From a virus (Duplodnaviria; Heunggongvirae; Uroviricota; Caudoviricetes): a stretch of DNA of 64,000 bases. The translations under genes were made by a program, and so were the position numbers. Of this stretch, positions 48,894 to 58,793 are shown piece after piece; positions within the stretch are counted from its first letter, which is position 1, and the number at the start of each line of letters is the position of its first letter. The stretch lies in IMG/VR virus record IMGVR_UViG_2541047959_000009; one strand, given 5' to 3'. The notes under the pieces are model-generated. The model searched no databases and had not been told where the DNA came from. It was given only the letters and a program-made list of their open reading frames with translations.

Positions 48894-49366
48894 ACCTGAA
48901 TCTCTTTGACCGTTCCGCCGGCTTCTTTGAATTTTGCAATCAGGCTGTCAGCCTTATGCTCAAACTGACCATAACCAGCTCCCGGCAGTGAAGCCCAGAT
49001 ATTGCTGCAACGGTCGATAGCCTGACGAATATCACCGCGATCAATCATCGGTAAAGCACCACGCTCTTTAATCTGCTGCAGTGCAACAGCATCCTGGCTT
49101 TTTGGAGAGAAGTCTTTCAGTCCAAGCTGTTTACGGTATGCATCCCACCAGCGGGAAAGAAGCTGGTAGCGCCCGGCAGCCGTTGATTTGAGTTTTGGGT
49201 TTAGCGTGACAAGTCTGCGAGGGTGATCGGAGTAATCAGTGAATATTTCTCCGCCCACAATGACGTCATAACCATGATTACGTGTCGGTTGTAGCCCATT
49301 ATCCGTTCCTTCTGACCAGGCCACCATATCGAGGAAAGCTTTACGCTGAGGATTAAGATTTTGCAT
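48890..49366 (-). CDS. Endolysin (lambda R-like lytic transglycosylase)
   Basis: 158-aa [27 protein letters not shown]... Confidence 0.85.
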   Translation of the reverse strand: MQNLNPQRKAFLDMVAWSEGTDNGLQPTRNHGYDVIVGGEIFTDYSDHPRRLVTLNPKLKSTAAGRYQLLSRWWDAYRKQLGLKDFSPKSQDAVALQQIKERGALPMIDRGDIRQAIDRCSNIWASLPGAGYGQFEHKADSLIAKFKEAGGTVKEIQV

Positions 49367-49757
49367 TTTTCACCCCTGTCAGTCGTTCCCAGAAGTACGT
49401 CAGTGCAACCGAACCCATCGCACCACTAATCCCCGCAGTTGCGAGAATCATGTAAATACTGAATCCACTTTCGATACTGATTAGGCCACCAATAACACCG
49501 GTGAATCCTGATACAACTATCTGAGCGAGGGCATTTATCCAGCTCCACGTTGCTTTACTCTGCTTCACATCAATCAGGTAACGGACAAGCCCCCCCCAAC
49601 CTGCGATGATCAGCAAAACAAGCCAGAACGCTCCGGCAAGATTCTCTTTTTCGTGCATATGAATAGCCGCAGTTTCGCCTCCGACAGAAAATCGGAGCGT
49701 GAAATGATATGTTGATTTATTATTAATTCGAAAATTACATTCTAATTCATCAGGCAT
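49353..49757 (-). CDS. Holin
   Basis: TM-rich ORF overlapping endolysin start; likely start at internal MHEK at 49658. Confidence 0.6.
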   Translation of the reverse strand: MPDELECNFRINNKSTYHFTLRFSVGGETAAIHMHEKENLAGAFWLVLLIIAGWGGLVRYLIDVKQSKATWSWINALAQIVVSGFTGVIGGLISIESGFSIYMILATAGISGAMGSVALTYFWERLTGVKNAKS

Positions 49758-49809
49758 TGATGATTTTATAATAATAAAGGCCGTTCGTTACGGCCTTTAT
49801 TATTGATAT

Positions 49810-50145
49810 TTATTTTACATCCCAAGGTAGTTCCTCAAGAGAGAAGACTAATTCATTATCAATAATTTCGTATTCTGCATAACCTTCAACCTCTCCTGAG
49901 AAGTTATTGTCAACGCATCCTTCATAATAGCTATATGGTGCTATAAAGTGAAACCCATATTCATCTATCTCTGTGATTTCAAAATTGTAGTAATCGTAAG
50001 AATATCGAATATCATCATCAGAAATAGAACTAAGTACATAGTTATTAAATTTATCGGAATGCTTAACGATAAGTTCTGACAACGCGTCAAGATTCTCTGG
50101 AGAGATATTTCCTAACGGTAATCTGTACTCAACGGCATTAATCAT
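49810..50145 (-). CDS. Hypothetical acidic AT-rich moron protein (111 aa) between antiterminator and lysis genes
   Basis: ORF downstream of the tR-prime-like terminator and upstream of holin. Confidence 0.5.
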   Translation of the reverse strand: MINAVEYRLPLGNISPENLDALSELIVKHSDKFNNYVLSSISDDDIRYSYDYYNFEITEIDEYGFHFIAPYSYYEGCVDNNFSGEVEGYAEYEIIDNELVFSLEELPWDVK

Positions 50146-50201
50146 ACAACCTCCTTTTTAACTGATATGAGGTTATATAATGTGTTTCAGTACAAGTAAA
50201 T

Positions 50202-50222
50202 AAAAACCCGCTCAACAGCGGG
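50202..50222 (-). terminator. tR-prime-like intrinsic terminator downstream of the Q-like gene
   Basis: On minus strand CCCGC tgttga GCGGG followed by TTTTT. Confidence 0.55.
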
Positions 50223-50330
50223 TTCGTGAAAATTATCAACGGCAGACATACAAAGCCCATCGTTGAGAAAATCTTATCCATATTTTTTGAAAAATGCAAG
50301 CTTCATGTCACTATCTTCGGCGAAAATCAC

Positions 50331-51083
50331 TTATCTCGTCACCTTTCTCAATTGTGTTTCAGCATATGCTTCTTCCTGCCAGCACTTTGTTACTAGTTTA
50401 TCAATTACGTCTGCATATCCTTTGTACCACTGATAATCAGTCAGGTCTGGAACCAGCTTCTGGACATGACGTCGTGCCAGTGTAGTCGGTAAACGGCTAA
50501 ACCGGTTTCCATTGCAACGCCCACAAGTCTTATAAACAGGCGTGCCATGAAGCCGGGTTCTTTTTTCATCCAGGACAATACCTTTACCCTTACACCCTCT
50601 GCACGCCGTGCTGACTTCTCCCTTGCCATGACAATGCTGACACAGTTCCTTCACCCACTCTTCTTTGATAACGGATTCCCCGCTTCTGGAATGTTTCACC
50701 ACTTCGCGCAATACATTATGAAATCCAGTACCAGTACAATGCTCACAGCGAGCCTTACTTGCCGCAGACCTGGAATAATCAGCAAAGGCAAAATTCACAA
50801 GGTAAGGGATGATCTGTAACCGGGTTTCTTCACTCAATTTGTTCAATGTCGGGTTATCCAGTGCCATCGCGTAATTGAGCAGGCCTTCAATCGCAAACTG
50901 AGGATCCTGAACACCAACTTTTGCCAGGAATAAGGCAAACCCAAGCGGTGCTTTCGACTGCACCATCCCCTGCGCAGCCATTACATCCGTAATTGTTAAA
51001 CCACCCGAGCCTGTCGCCGATGCGTCATCGCTCAATTTTGGAGATTTTGGGGAGTAATATTTCGGTAAGGCTTCAAGGTTCAT
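50331..51083 (-). CDS. Late antiterminator Q-like protein (multi-CxxC zinc finger)
   Basis: Position just upstream of terminator and lysis genes; CEHCTGTG/CQHCHGKG/CRGCKGKG/CGRCNGN motifs; start taken at MNLEAL. Confidence 0.5.
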   Translation of the reverse strand: MNLEALPKYYSPKSPKLSDDASATGSGGLTITDVMAAQGMVQSKAPLGFALFLAKVGVQDPQFAIEGLLNYAMALDNPTLNKLSEETRLQIIPYLVNFAFADYSRSAASKARCEHCTGTGFHNVLREVVKHSRSGESVIKEEWVKELCQHCHGKGEVSTACRGCKGKGIVLDEKRTRLHGTPVYKTCGRCNGNRFSRLPTTLARRHVQKLVPDLTDYQWYKGYADVIDKLVTKCWQEEAYAETQLRKVTR

Positions 51084-51096
51084 GCTCGTTCTCCAC

Positions 51097-52092
51097 TTAC
51101 ACCAGTACGCCAATTGCCAGCGCACGATCGATAAAACGAAATATCAGCTCCAGCTGGGAGCCATACATCTCTTCAAATGCCACGGTATCCGCATGCAGCT
51201 CGTCGTGATGCTTTCTGCACAAAGGCAACACAAAAAGGTCATGCGCTTTTGTACCCATTCCACCCTGTCCGTGGCCTATCAGGTGGTGGGGATCATCAGC
51301 GGGCTTTCCACAACATGCACACGACTGTGTCTTAACCCAGCGCGTGTACTTTTCATTAACCCAGCGGCGACGTTTTGGGCGTAACATAAAAGACTCCGGC
51401 GACTCCGGATCCACTTTCAGCGCCAGCACCTTTTTCGCCTTATCCTGGATGATGCTGGTGGCAGGAACCGAAGGCACAAGGTCACTTTCCCGGGTGACAG
51501 ACGGCACAACAGGCTTCGGTAATCTCAGTGCCTTACGGGCTGCACTTTCCGGTAAGGCATCCGCCAGATCATTACGAACCAGCCACCAGCACAGTTCCGG
51601 CATTGTCACAACGTGACTGTCATCAAAACCGAGATCCCGACGCACAACAGACAACACCCAGCGGGCACAGTTATCCGTTGCCATTGATTCCAGCCGTTCC
51701 GTGAACTGATCGCGAAGCAGGTTATCGCAGTGCCAGCACAGACGGATTGCGCCCGGCGCGTGTCGCATTGTGGTCATGTTCTCGCTGTGCCATCCGGAAT
51801 GAGGCCACTGACAGCCCTTTTCACGAAGTAACCAGCTTTCAAGACATTCCACACCCCCCGCACGACGAATAACTGCCTCATTGCGGAACACGGCCCGAAT
51901 GGCAGGATCATCCGCCAGCGGTTGTGATGCCGCCGGAACGGCACCACTGGCAAAAGATGAATAACGTTCCGGCTCAGGCTCCAGCAGGACACGCCCCTGC
52001 ATAAACAGGGGCATCAGCTCTGAACCGGGCCTGAACAATACGATCCCCATACGCGGGGCAATTTCAGGGGTCAGTAGTGCTCTCACGGTCAC
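51097..52092 (-). CDS. Phage protein, DUF968/NinG-like with C-terminal HNH-like motif
   Basis: 331-aa ORF; C-terminal CACCGKP...HHL...H...HH..LH. Confidence 0.45.
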   Translation of the reverse strand: MTVRALLTPEIAPRMGIVLFRPGSELMPLFMQGRVLLEPEPERYSSFASGAVPAASQPLADDPAIRAVFRNEAVIRRAGGVECLESWLLREKGCQWPHSGWHSENMTTMRHAPGAIRLCWHCDNLLRDQFTERLESMATDNCARWVLSVVRRDLGFDDSHVVTMPELCWWLVRNDLADALPESAARKALRLPKPVVPSVTRESDLVPSVPATSIIQDKAKKVLALKVDPESPESFMLRPKRRRWVNEKYTRWVKTQSCACCGKPADDPHHLIGHGQGGMGTKAHDLFVLPLCRKHHDELHADTVAFEEMYGSQLELIFRFIDRALAIGVLV

Positions 52093-52093
52093 C

Positions 52094-52891
52094 TCAATGA
52101 ACGGTATCGAGCAGCTTTAACAGCTCAGGGAATCGGGATTCGAAGAAATGCGGCTGCGTCTCGCGCGGATTTGCAGGACTGGTGATGTTCTTGCCGAACA
52201 TGCAGCCTTTCGCCGTCAGCGACCAGAATTTTTTGATGTTGTTAATCGCTGTACGGCTGTATCGTTCGCGCTGTTCGACGATCCCCAGCTTCGCCATCTG
52301 GTGATATGCCTGATTAGCCGTAAGGCGGATACCATACTGTTTCAGCAGTGCACTCAGCGACAGTGTCGGGCGACTTGAGCCATCAGGCGCGTCAGCAGGA
52401 GCATCAATGGCATAGCGCGGTGCCAGATTCGGTAAGCCAACAGCCTCCTGAAGCTTCTGACAGGCTCCAAGCACTGATGAGTTAGACAGGTTTAATTCCC
52501 GGCGCATAAAGTCCAGCAGGATCACGCCAGCCTGCATCTTGTCAGCAGCCTGCCCGGATAATTTTTCCGGTGTGCTGGTTACCATATCGAAAGTACGGAT
52601 CACCTTCAGATGGAATGACGGGCTTATCCACATTGCATAGGCATACACCAGTTCTTTGCAGACATACGTCCCCTGGTTATTTCCGCCACGAATAACGTTA
52701 ACTGGCTCTATATTGACCGAGTTGCAAATCTGCAACTCGCTTATTAAACGTTCAGTTTGCTCATTGCGGAGCCAGAATGCAGGCTTATGCTTATCCAGAG
52801 AACCGGCAGCCCTGTGCAGATCGTTCAGGCTGTAACGCCCATAAGCATCACGACGAACTTCAATACCATCAATAACCATCAGATTATTCAT
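52094..52891 (-). CDS. KilA-N / antirepressor-like domain protein
   Basis: 265-aa ORF; N-terminal domain reminiscent of KilA-N; nin-region position. Confidence 0.45.
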   Translation of the reverse strand: MNNLMVIDGIEVRRDAYGRYSLNDLHRAAGSLDKHKPAFWLRNEQTERLISELQICNSVNIEPVNVIRGGNNQGTYVCKELVYAYAMWISPSFHLKVIRTFDMVTSTPEKLSGQAADKMQAGVILLDFMRRELNLSNSSVLGACQKLQEAVGLPNLAPRYAIDAPADAPDGSSRPTLSLSALLKQYGIRLTANQAYHQMAKLGIVEQRERYSRTAINNIKKFWSLTAKGCMFGKNITSPANPRETQPHFFESRFPELLKLLDTVH

Positions 52892-52910
52892 ACTTCGTTT
52901 CTCCTCTTAA

Positions 52911-53300
52911 TCAGGCAGCTGCACCCGCCGTTTTCTCGTACTTACTGATAGTGATCTCGACCTTCCCTTCCGGGATAACCGGTCCCCACTCCACCAGCAT
53001 TCTTTTCACCTGACTGTCGTCTTCCCACACACCCGCGTGGGTCAGGGCGTCAAACAGCGCCTTGTTATAGTTGTCCAGATCGCGGATCCGGTTATCCGGA
53101 GGAAACAACACGATCTCCACTGAAGCAGGTGCCGACGTTGGTTTTGGCAGACGACGTAACTGCTCAACTATTGCTGCACACGCCGCGCTCTGGAATTTGC
53201 GCCCCGCCGCGCTTATCAGGCTCTTACCAGCAAACGCCCCTTTGTTGGGGTGTCGCCAGTACGTGTTCACGCTGGGCGGAAACGGCAGAATCAGCTTCAT
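52911..53300 (-). CDS. rusA: RusA-like Holliday junction resolvase
   Basis: 129-aa ORF MKLILPFPPSVNTYWR...DLDN. Confidence 0.8.
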   Translation of the reverse strand: MKLILPFPPSVNTYWRHPNKGAFAGKSLISAAGRKFQSAACAAIVEQLRRLPKPTSAPASVEIVLFPPDNRIRDLDNYNKALFDALTHAGVWEDDSQVKRMLVEWGPVIPEGKVEITISKYEKTAGAAA

Positions 53301-53623
53301 ACTTTCAGGCCCCTCTCATGTAACCAGTGGGCTGCACGCAGCCTGGCGTTTTCCTTACCGGCAAGCAGTGAGCGGATAATCCCGACCGCCTCGCTGTCGT
53401 CGTCCTTCACCGCGGTATGAAGAGTGATACCCCGGGCCACGCCACGCTTTATCGTGATGACGCCTTTTTTCTCCAGTGCTCGAAGATGCTCCACCGCTGC
53501 ATTCACTGAACGGTATCCCAGCATGGTTGCCACCTCCTGATTGGTTGGCGGGAAGCCACGTTCTTTCTGATAAGAAATCAGCATATCCAGCACCTGCTGC
53601 TGGCATTGAGTTAACGTCGTCAT
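53297..53623 (-). CDS. LexA-type DNA-binding domain protein
   Basis: 108-aa ORF with winged-HTH resembling LexA N-terminus. Confidence 0.5.
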   Translation of the reverse strand: MTTLTQCQQQVLDMLISYQKERGFPPTNQEVATMLGYRSVNAAVEHLRALEKKGVITIKRGVARGITLHTAVKDDDSEAVGIIRSLLAGKENARLRAAHWLHERGLKV

Positions 53624-54306
53624 GCCGCCATCTCCCTGAGCAGTTTTTCCGCCTGCTGGCGAACCTGCGCCAGAAACGCCTCACCACATGCCTCAAGTTC
53701 ATCGCGCCCGATGTAGCTGATTGCCGGTCCCTTCCAGGTCTTGTCAAAAACAGCAATAGCACCAGCGAAGAAAGCTCCTGTCGGCACCTGCTTCTCGTCT
53801 TTCGGGATAAACCAGACAGGCAGTTCAAAACCAATACGCCCGCGAATAAAAGCAATATGATCTGCATCTTCCGGCCACCACACTTCGCTGGTGGCAGCTT
53901 TGATCAGGAAAACATAGCGCCCGCCTTTATCACGCATGGCACTGGCATGCTTCATGATGTAACGCATGCCGGTGATGTATTGCCCCTCATGCTGACTGGC
54001 GCGGCTGTATGGGGGATTACCAAAGGCAGCACCTTTAAGCTCCGCAAGACGTTCTGACCAGTCATGCGCCAGCGCATTGTCTTCCGCCGTGTAATACGCG
54101 GCACATTTGGCGTTACCACCGTCGGTGAACAGATCCAGAACAAACGGGCCAAACAGGGTGTTAATTCCCCAGAAAATGTTGTCCGGCGTGCGCCACTGAT
54201 CGCCCACTTCCTTCAGTTCATGGGCTGGTTTGTTCCGCAGCTCCACCAGCGCCTGGCAATATTTATTACTCATTAAGCCCCCACGTAATTCCCTGACAGA
54301 TACCAC
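53620..54306 (-). CDS. Phage N6-adenine DNA methyltransferase (NPPY motif)
   Basis: FGNPPY motif; start may be internal at 54273. Confidence 0.75.
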   Translation of the reverse strand: MVSVRELRGGLMSNKYCQALVELRNKPAHELKEVGDQWRTPDNIFWGINTLFGPFVLDLFTDGGNAKCAAYYTAEDNALAHDWSERLAELKGAAFGNPPYSRASQHEGQYITGMRYIMKHASAMRDKGGRYVFLIKAATSEVWWPEDADHIAFIRGRIGFELPVWFIPKDEKQVPTGAFFAGAIAVFDKTWKGPAISYIGRDELEACGEAFLAQVRQQAEKLLREMAA

Positions 54307-54767
54307 TCTTCACCCGATGCAGCGCGCTTGCTGCTTTTCCGTAAGCACCGCTCACGACGCGCCAGAAAATTGTTTCGTTCTGGCTGGGAGTGGCTTTCAC
54401 GGAATGCCGCCATCCACACGGTTGCAGCACGACGGTATAAACCCCTGGACTCCAGTTCTTCAGCCTGGCGGGTCAGGCACAAAATCACCCGTGGATCGTT
54501 AGTGCCGACATAGAAATTGCGCACAGGTCTGGTTTCTCGAACTGGTTGTGGTTCCGGTTCCTGCGCTCTCTCAGTCAGGCGCGGGAAATGTCTGCGTGTA
54601 TCTCCTTCACAACGGTGAGCCACACGCCCACTCTGACGTAACTTGCTTGCTGACTGCAGAACGCGCTGTCGTGAGTAACCTGCAAAAGCATCCGCAATGT
54701 CACCGGAAGTACACCCCGGATGGGCTTCAATGAATTTCTGAACGTCATTTAACAGACTCATGATCAC
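54273..54767 (-). CDS. Hypothetical phage protein
   Basis: 164-aa ORF between replication gene and methyltransferase. Confidence 0.4.
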   Translation of the reverse strand: MIMSLLNDVQKFIEAHPGCTSGDIADAFAGYSRQRVLQSASKLRQSGRVAHRCEGDTRRHFPRLTERAQEPEPQPVRETRPVRNFYVGTNDPRVILCLTRQAEELESRGLYRRAATVWMAAFRESHSQPERNNFLARRERCLRKSSKRAASGEEWYLSGNYVGA

Positions 54768-55705
54768 CCCCTGAATCCTGCCGGGATCTGGCTGTAGTCC
54801 ACGTTGTCGTAACTGGCTTTGAAGTACGGGTCCTCGCGTTTTTCGGTGTACGTACTTACGGACGGCGATAAGCGCAGGGAAAGCTCATCCCATTTTTCCC
54901 GCAGCTTCGACGGGCTGAGCACGTTACGGCACCAGAACGGATCGCGGCTGACGCGGCTGTACATCTCGCAGATTTGTTTGTGAGTACGACCATCCTGCAC
55001 ACACATCAGGCGAATTTCGTTTGCCCAGGCTGTCCAGTTCGGTTCTTTGGGACGAACCACCTCGCCGTCACATTCGGCAGCCTGCTCGTACAGGGCGATG
55101 ATTTTTTTCCAGAGCCACTGTGCGCAGGTCAAATCATCCTGCGTTCCCCACTGGCGCTTTTTAGGGCTGAATACAACAGCATCAGGATGGCGAGTTAAAA
55201 ACTCCTGTTCAGCCGTCTGCGTGTCCGGTTGCGAAGCGTCCGGACGAGAAGTTTTTTTATCTGACGGATCATGTTTTGATTTTACTGACGGATCCCCGCC
55301 AGATTCTGACGGGTGAAAACCCGCTTTTTTGCCAGATTTCGACGCATCAAATTTTGACGGGGCAGATTTTGATGCGTCAGATTTTGACGGGTCAGAATCT
55401 GACAGTTGAGAAAATGCCGCTGCCTGAAGCTTCGCAACGTTAAGCTGATAAACATTCGACGCATTGCGGTTACCCTGGCGACGCGCCTTACGCGTTAACC
55501 AGCCTTCTGCTTCCAGCCGTGCGATAGCCGTTCTGACGGTACTCATCCCCGCGCCAATCTGGCGGGCAATGGTTTCAATTGATGGCCAGCACACACCTTC
55601 GTCATTACTGAAATCAGCCAGGCGGGCCATAATTGCCACGCTGGATAACTTCATGCCTGACGCAGCGCAACCATCCCATACATAGCCGGTTAATTTAGTG
55701 CTCAT
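54764..55705 (-). CDS. Replication initiation protein (O-like, N-terminal HTH, internal iterons)
   Basis: 313-aa ORF; iteron repeats inside the coding region as in lambda O. Confidence 0.6.
   Translation of the reverse strand: MSTKLTGYVWDGCAASGMKLSSVAIMARLADFSNDEGVCWPSIETIARQIGAGMSTVRTAIARLEAEGWLTRKARRQGNRNASNVYQLNVAKLQAAAFSQLSDSDPSKSDASKSAPSKFDASKSGKKAGFHPSESGGDPSVKSKHDPSDKKTSRPDASQPDTQTAEQEFLTRHPDAVVFSPKKRQWGTQDDLTCAQWLWKKIIALYEQAAECDGEVVRPKEPNWTAWANEIRLMCVQDGRTHKQICEMYSRVSRDPFWCRNVLSPSKLREKWDELSLRLSPSVSTYTEKREDPYFKASYDNVDYSQIPAGFRG
55255..55405. repeat. Iteron-like direct repeats (candidate replication origin) inside the O-like gene
   Basis: About eight copies of AGATTYTGACGG-like motif read directly. 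Confidence 0.5.
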
Positions 55706-55714
55706 GACCGACCT

Positions 55715-56053
55715 CTATTTCCCTGAATTTACGACGAAACTGTTCGAGCGGACTGAAGCATTCATGCTCATAGCCTTCGCGGAGGTAGATAACCCGTTGT
55801 GTTTCCGGTTCCCAACGAATGACTCTGACGGGCACTCCGTAGTGATCTTTGAACCAGCGGTTAACTTGTCGCAAAGGACTGTCTCCTTCTGCCGGTTGAA
55901 ATCACCCACAGCCCACTCAGCAAAGCTGTGGGTTACAATTTCCCTGTCACCTGGTACATTTACTGCATAGCAATACTCCACCTTCGCTTTTCCACCCGGT
56001 ACAGGAAGCGCAATCAGTTGCGAGCGACGGTAGTGTGTTGTTAAACTGTTCAT
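55715..56053 (-). CDS. Hypothetical early protein
   Basis: 112-aa ORF between YdaT-like and O-like genes. Confidence 0.35.
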   Translation of the reverse strand: MNSLTTHYRRSQLIALPVPGGKAKVEYCYAVNVPGDREIVTHSFAEWAVGDFNRQKETVLCDKLTAGSKITTECPSESFVGNRKHNGLSTSAKAMSMNASVRSNSFVVNSGK

Positions 56054-56613
56054 GCGTTAGTTTCTCCACAGTCACGACACGCCACGGCGCCCGGAGCTGC
56101 ACACTCGCGGGCGTCACTACTTTCTGAAACGCAAAAGATTTTGTAGACCAGTGCTGCATGCTCCTGCAGCTTCGAAATTGAGAGGTACAGCTCATCGTTA
56201 ATTGCTGTCTTCTCATGCGGTTCCACTACACCGTCTTCAATTGCTGAACGAATCTGTTTTGAATAACTGCCGATCTGTTCAATGACCTCCAGCAGGCGTT
56301 GGTTGATATCGGCGTTGTCCACATCCTCGACGTCAGGAAGAGACACAAAGACGCCATTTGCAGACTGCGCCACAGCATCAGCAATGAAGTGAGTGCCACC
56401 AGCACGCTGTAAAACCATTGCCCATCCCAGCGGGAAAATCTGATCGCCATCTGCACGAAGGCGGTTGAATAAAGCGTTTTCTGTTACATCGAGCCAGTCA
56501 GCCGCTTCAGCGTAACCACCCGGCAACGCCGCGATCGTTTTTCTGACAGCTTTCACGTACCACTCAGGCTGTTTTTCTATTTTCCAGTGATGCTTACCCA
56601 CGATTAGCCTCAT
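56050..56613 (-). CDS. YdaT-like / CII-like regulatory protein
   Basis: 187-aa ORF directly after the cro-like gene. Confidence 0.45.
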   Translation of the reverse strand: MRLIVGKHHWKIEKQPEWYVKAVRKTIAALPGGYAEAADWLDVTENALFNRLRADGDQIFPLGWAMVLQRAGGTHFIADAVAQSANGVFVSLPDVEDVDNADINQRLLEVIEQIGSYSKQIRSAIEDGVVEPHEKTAINDELYLSISKLQEHAALVYKIFCVSESSDARECAAPGAVACRDCGETNA

Positions 56614-56644
56614 CGTTCTGTGGTTAAAAATTGAAAGTGTTCTG

Positions 56645-56845
56645 CTAATCTTTCGGATAGATATCCGGTCTTAAGTCAGATTTCGTAATTGCACCTGACG
56701 TGCATTGCTCAAGTTTTTTAGCCAGCACAAAACTGGCTTTTTTATAGCCATTGAAAACCAGCCGTAAGTAGCCAGGTGTTGAGCCAACTTTTCCGGCCAA
56801 CTCGCCCTGCTGTTCTTTGGTTAAAGAGTCCCAATACGCTTTCAT
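56645..56845 (-). CDS. Cro/YdaS-like HTH repressor
   Basis: 66-aa ORF from ATG 56845 with GGAGG RBS; divergent from cI. Confidence 0.6.
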   Translation of the reverse strand: MKAYWDSLTKEQQGELAGKVGSTPGYLRLVFNGYKKASFVLAKKLEQCTSGAITKSDLRPDIYPKD

Positions 56846-56935
56846 ACAATGTGTACCTCCGGTGTACATATTACATGATTGAAATGAACCTTCAAGATAC
56901 TTGTACCTTAACGGTACAAGGGTTTTAATTTCGTT
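56846..56935. promoter_or_regulatory. cI/cro divergent promoter-operator region
   Basis: Perfect palindrome cttgtacc ttaac ggtacaag plus tgtacctccggtgtaca. Confidence 0.5.
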
Positions 56936-57610
56936 ATGAAAACAATCCATGACATCCGGCGGTCTAACGCCAGAAAACTGAGAGATGGTGTTGGCGGGAA
57001 TTCTTCCTTTGCCACTATGATTGATCGCGAGCCAACCCAGACCAGCAGGTTTATGGGAGATGGTGCTACTAAAAATATCGGTGACAGCATGGCACGACAC
57101 ATCGAAAAATGTTTCGACCTGCCTGTCGGATGGCTCGATCAAGAACACCAGACAACGAACATCACAAAAAAACCTGATGTTTCAATCACTAATAAACAAA
57201 TCACATTAGTCCCTGTCATATCATGGGTACAGGCCGGAGCATGGAAAGAAGTTGGATATTCTGAGGTTGATTTGAGCACAGCAGAAACGTATCCCTGCCC
57301 TGTACCCTGTGGGGAAATGACTTATATCTTGCGGGTGATAGGTGATTCAATGATTGATGAGTACCGCCCGGGAGACATGATTTTTGTCGATCCTGAAGTA
57401 CCTGCCTGCCACGGTGACGACGTTATTGCATTGATGCACGATACAGGTGAAACCACCTTCAAAAGGTTGATAGAAGATGGGACACAGCGTTATCTCAAAG
57501 CGTTAAACCCAAACTGGCCTGAGCCTTACATTAAGATCAACGGTAATTGCTCTATAATTGGTACTGTGATTTTCTCAGGAAAACCAAGAAGATACAAAAT
57601 CAAAGCCTAA
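56936..57610 (+). CDS. cI: CI-like repressor (HTH plus S24 LexA-type peptidase domain)
   Basis: 224-aa ORF; C-terminal domain with Ser/Lys autocleavage-type features (GDSM...K). Confidence 0.8.
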   Translation: MKTIHDIRRSNARKLRDGVGGNSSFATMIDREPTQTSRFMGDGATKNIGDSMARHIEKCFDLPVGWLDQEHQTTNITKKPDVSITNKQITLVPVISWVQAGAWKEVGYSEVDLSTAETYPCPVPCGEMTYILRVIGDSMIDEYRPGDMIFVDPEVPACHGDDVIALMHDTGETTFKRLIEDGTQRYLKALNPNWPEPYIKINGNCSIIGTVIFSGKPRRYKIKA

Positions 57611-57639
57611 TCAATGTTTATGAACCTGCTTCGGCAGGT

Positions 57640-57690
57640 TTTTTTATACTTGACAATGTACCTTTGGGATACATAATGTACCCAAGAGAA
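57640..57690 (+). promoter_or_regulatory. Candidate pL-type promoter with operator half-sites
   Basis: TTGACA, 17-nt spacer, ATAATG; TGTACC half-sites like those in the cI/cro region. Confidence 0.35.
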
Positions 57691-57812
57691 ACAACAAACA
57701 GGCAGGACGCCCACGAAGTAGCCGCCTGGGGCATATGAAGTCCAGGATGATTCGTTAGCAACAAAAAAGCGCCCTATAGGACGCTTCGCTCTTTAACAAT
57801 CTGGATGACTTA

Positions 57813-58325
57813 TTACTCAGATTTGAACTTTGGTTCTGGCAAAAGAGGAGGAGTTGAGTCCTCGAATCGTAGCCAGTGCTCCCAGATATCGTGGGATTGT
57901 AATTCCAGAAGACCAATTTGACGTGATGCAACTGCAGTGCCAGCTATAGTTCCTCCTGCATAATCAACCTGGACGGACTTTGACGCTTTCTCAATTAATT
58001 CTGTCCAAGCTTCACTTTCCGCGTTAAAAGAAGCAGTTAATTCCTGCAGACGCTGTGGATCATCCTTGTTGTCTTGTTTCAAACGATTCAGGGCGGCCAC
58101 CGAATACTTATTCTTAACCCAACTAACCTGAGCTAACTGAACTCTCTGACAAGCGTCCATATCAGTAGTTGTTTCCTGAGGCATATCAAAGCAGGAAATA
58201 AAAAAAGTCTCAACACCATCATTTAGACTACTGCTCGGCTGGTTCAAAGCATCAGAAGCATTGGATGCTATCGGTATTATCAGTGCTACCGACAGAATCA
58301 AACGTTTAACATAAATCGCTCCCAT
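57813..58325 (-). CDS. Secreted DUF1311/LprI-like protein (moron)
   Basis: 170-aa ORF with N-terminal signal peptide; antisense to the early-left operon. Confidence 0.45.
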   Translation of the reverse strand: MGAIYVKRLILSVALIIPIASNASDALNQPSSSLNDGVETFFISCFDMPQETTTDMDACQRVQLAQVSWVKNKYSVAALNRLKQDNKDDPQRLQELTASFNAESEAWTELIEKASKSVQVDYAGGTIAGTAVASRQIGLLELQSHDIWEHWLRFEDSTPPLLPEPKFKSE

Positions 58326-58609
58326 TTAATTATCCCCTCTAAGAACAGAGTCATCCAGATTAGCCGAATCCTTGTTGTTGGGGAATAACCAGGCCCACCT
58401 CGCCTGATGTGGCTAAAAGCAGGCACATAACAGCTAAGTATTTTCAACCAGAGAGAATCCTTAGCGTTGTGGTGAATGCGGCTCAGCGCACGCGGGTTAA
58501 GGTTGAGGCTGACAGTCGACCTTCTGTGGATACCCACCCGCCTGGTGTGCAACCTTCGCCAGGCACCGGGAGGCACCCGGCACCACAACTTTATGCTGTG
58601 TGTAGTCCT

Positions 58610-58656
58610 GGCGGTACCAGCTTGTACCCTTGCTTCCGGCTGGTACCGCTCTTTTT
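58610..58656 (+). terminator. Strong intrinsic terminator upstream of early-left genes
   Basis: ggcggtaccagc ... gctggtaccgc 11-bp stem then tcttttt. Confidence 0.6.
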
Positions 58657-58793
58657 ACAAAACAGAGAAGAGCATCACCGGACGACGGGCTCATAACCCA
58701 ATCCACCCGGGCGGCTGCCACCGCAGGTGTTCTTCTCTGTTTTGTGGAGAAACCAACCGACCTTGCAGGGTCGATATGATGAGGAGCAGCAAA

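Noticed and set aside
53355-54057. ORFs 53355-53867 (minus) and 53476-54057 (plus)
   Set aside because: Overlap the LexA-like and methyltransferase genes in other frames or antisense; Arg/Gly/Ser-rich shadow translations.
58409-58793. N-like antiterminator or other protein in the GC-rich leader (ORFs 58409-58696 and the 5-prime extension of 58476-59156)
   Set aside because: No RBS, proline/arginine-rich GC-frame translation, and they span a strong terminator hairpin; real gene starts at 58794.
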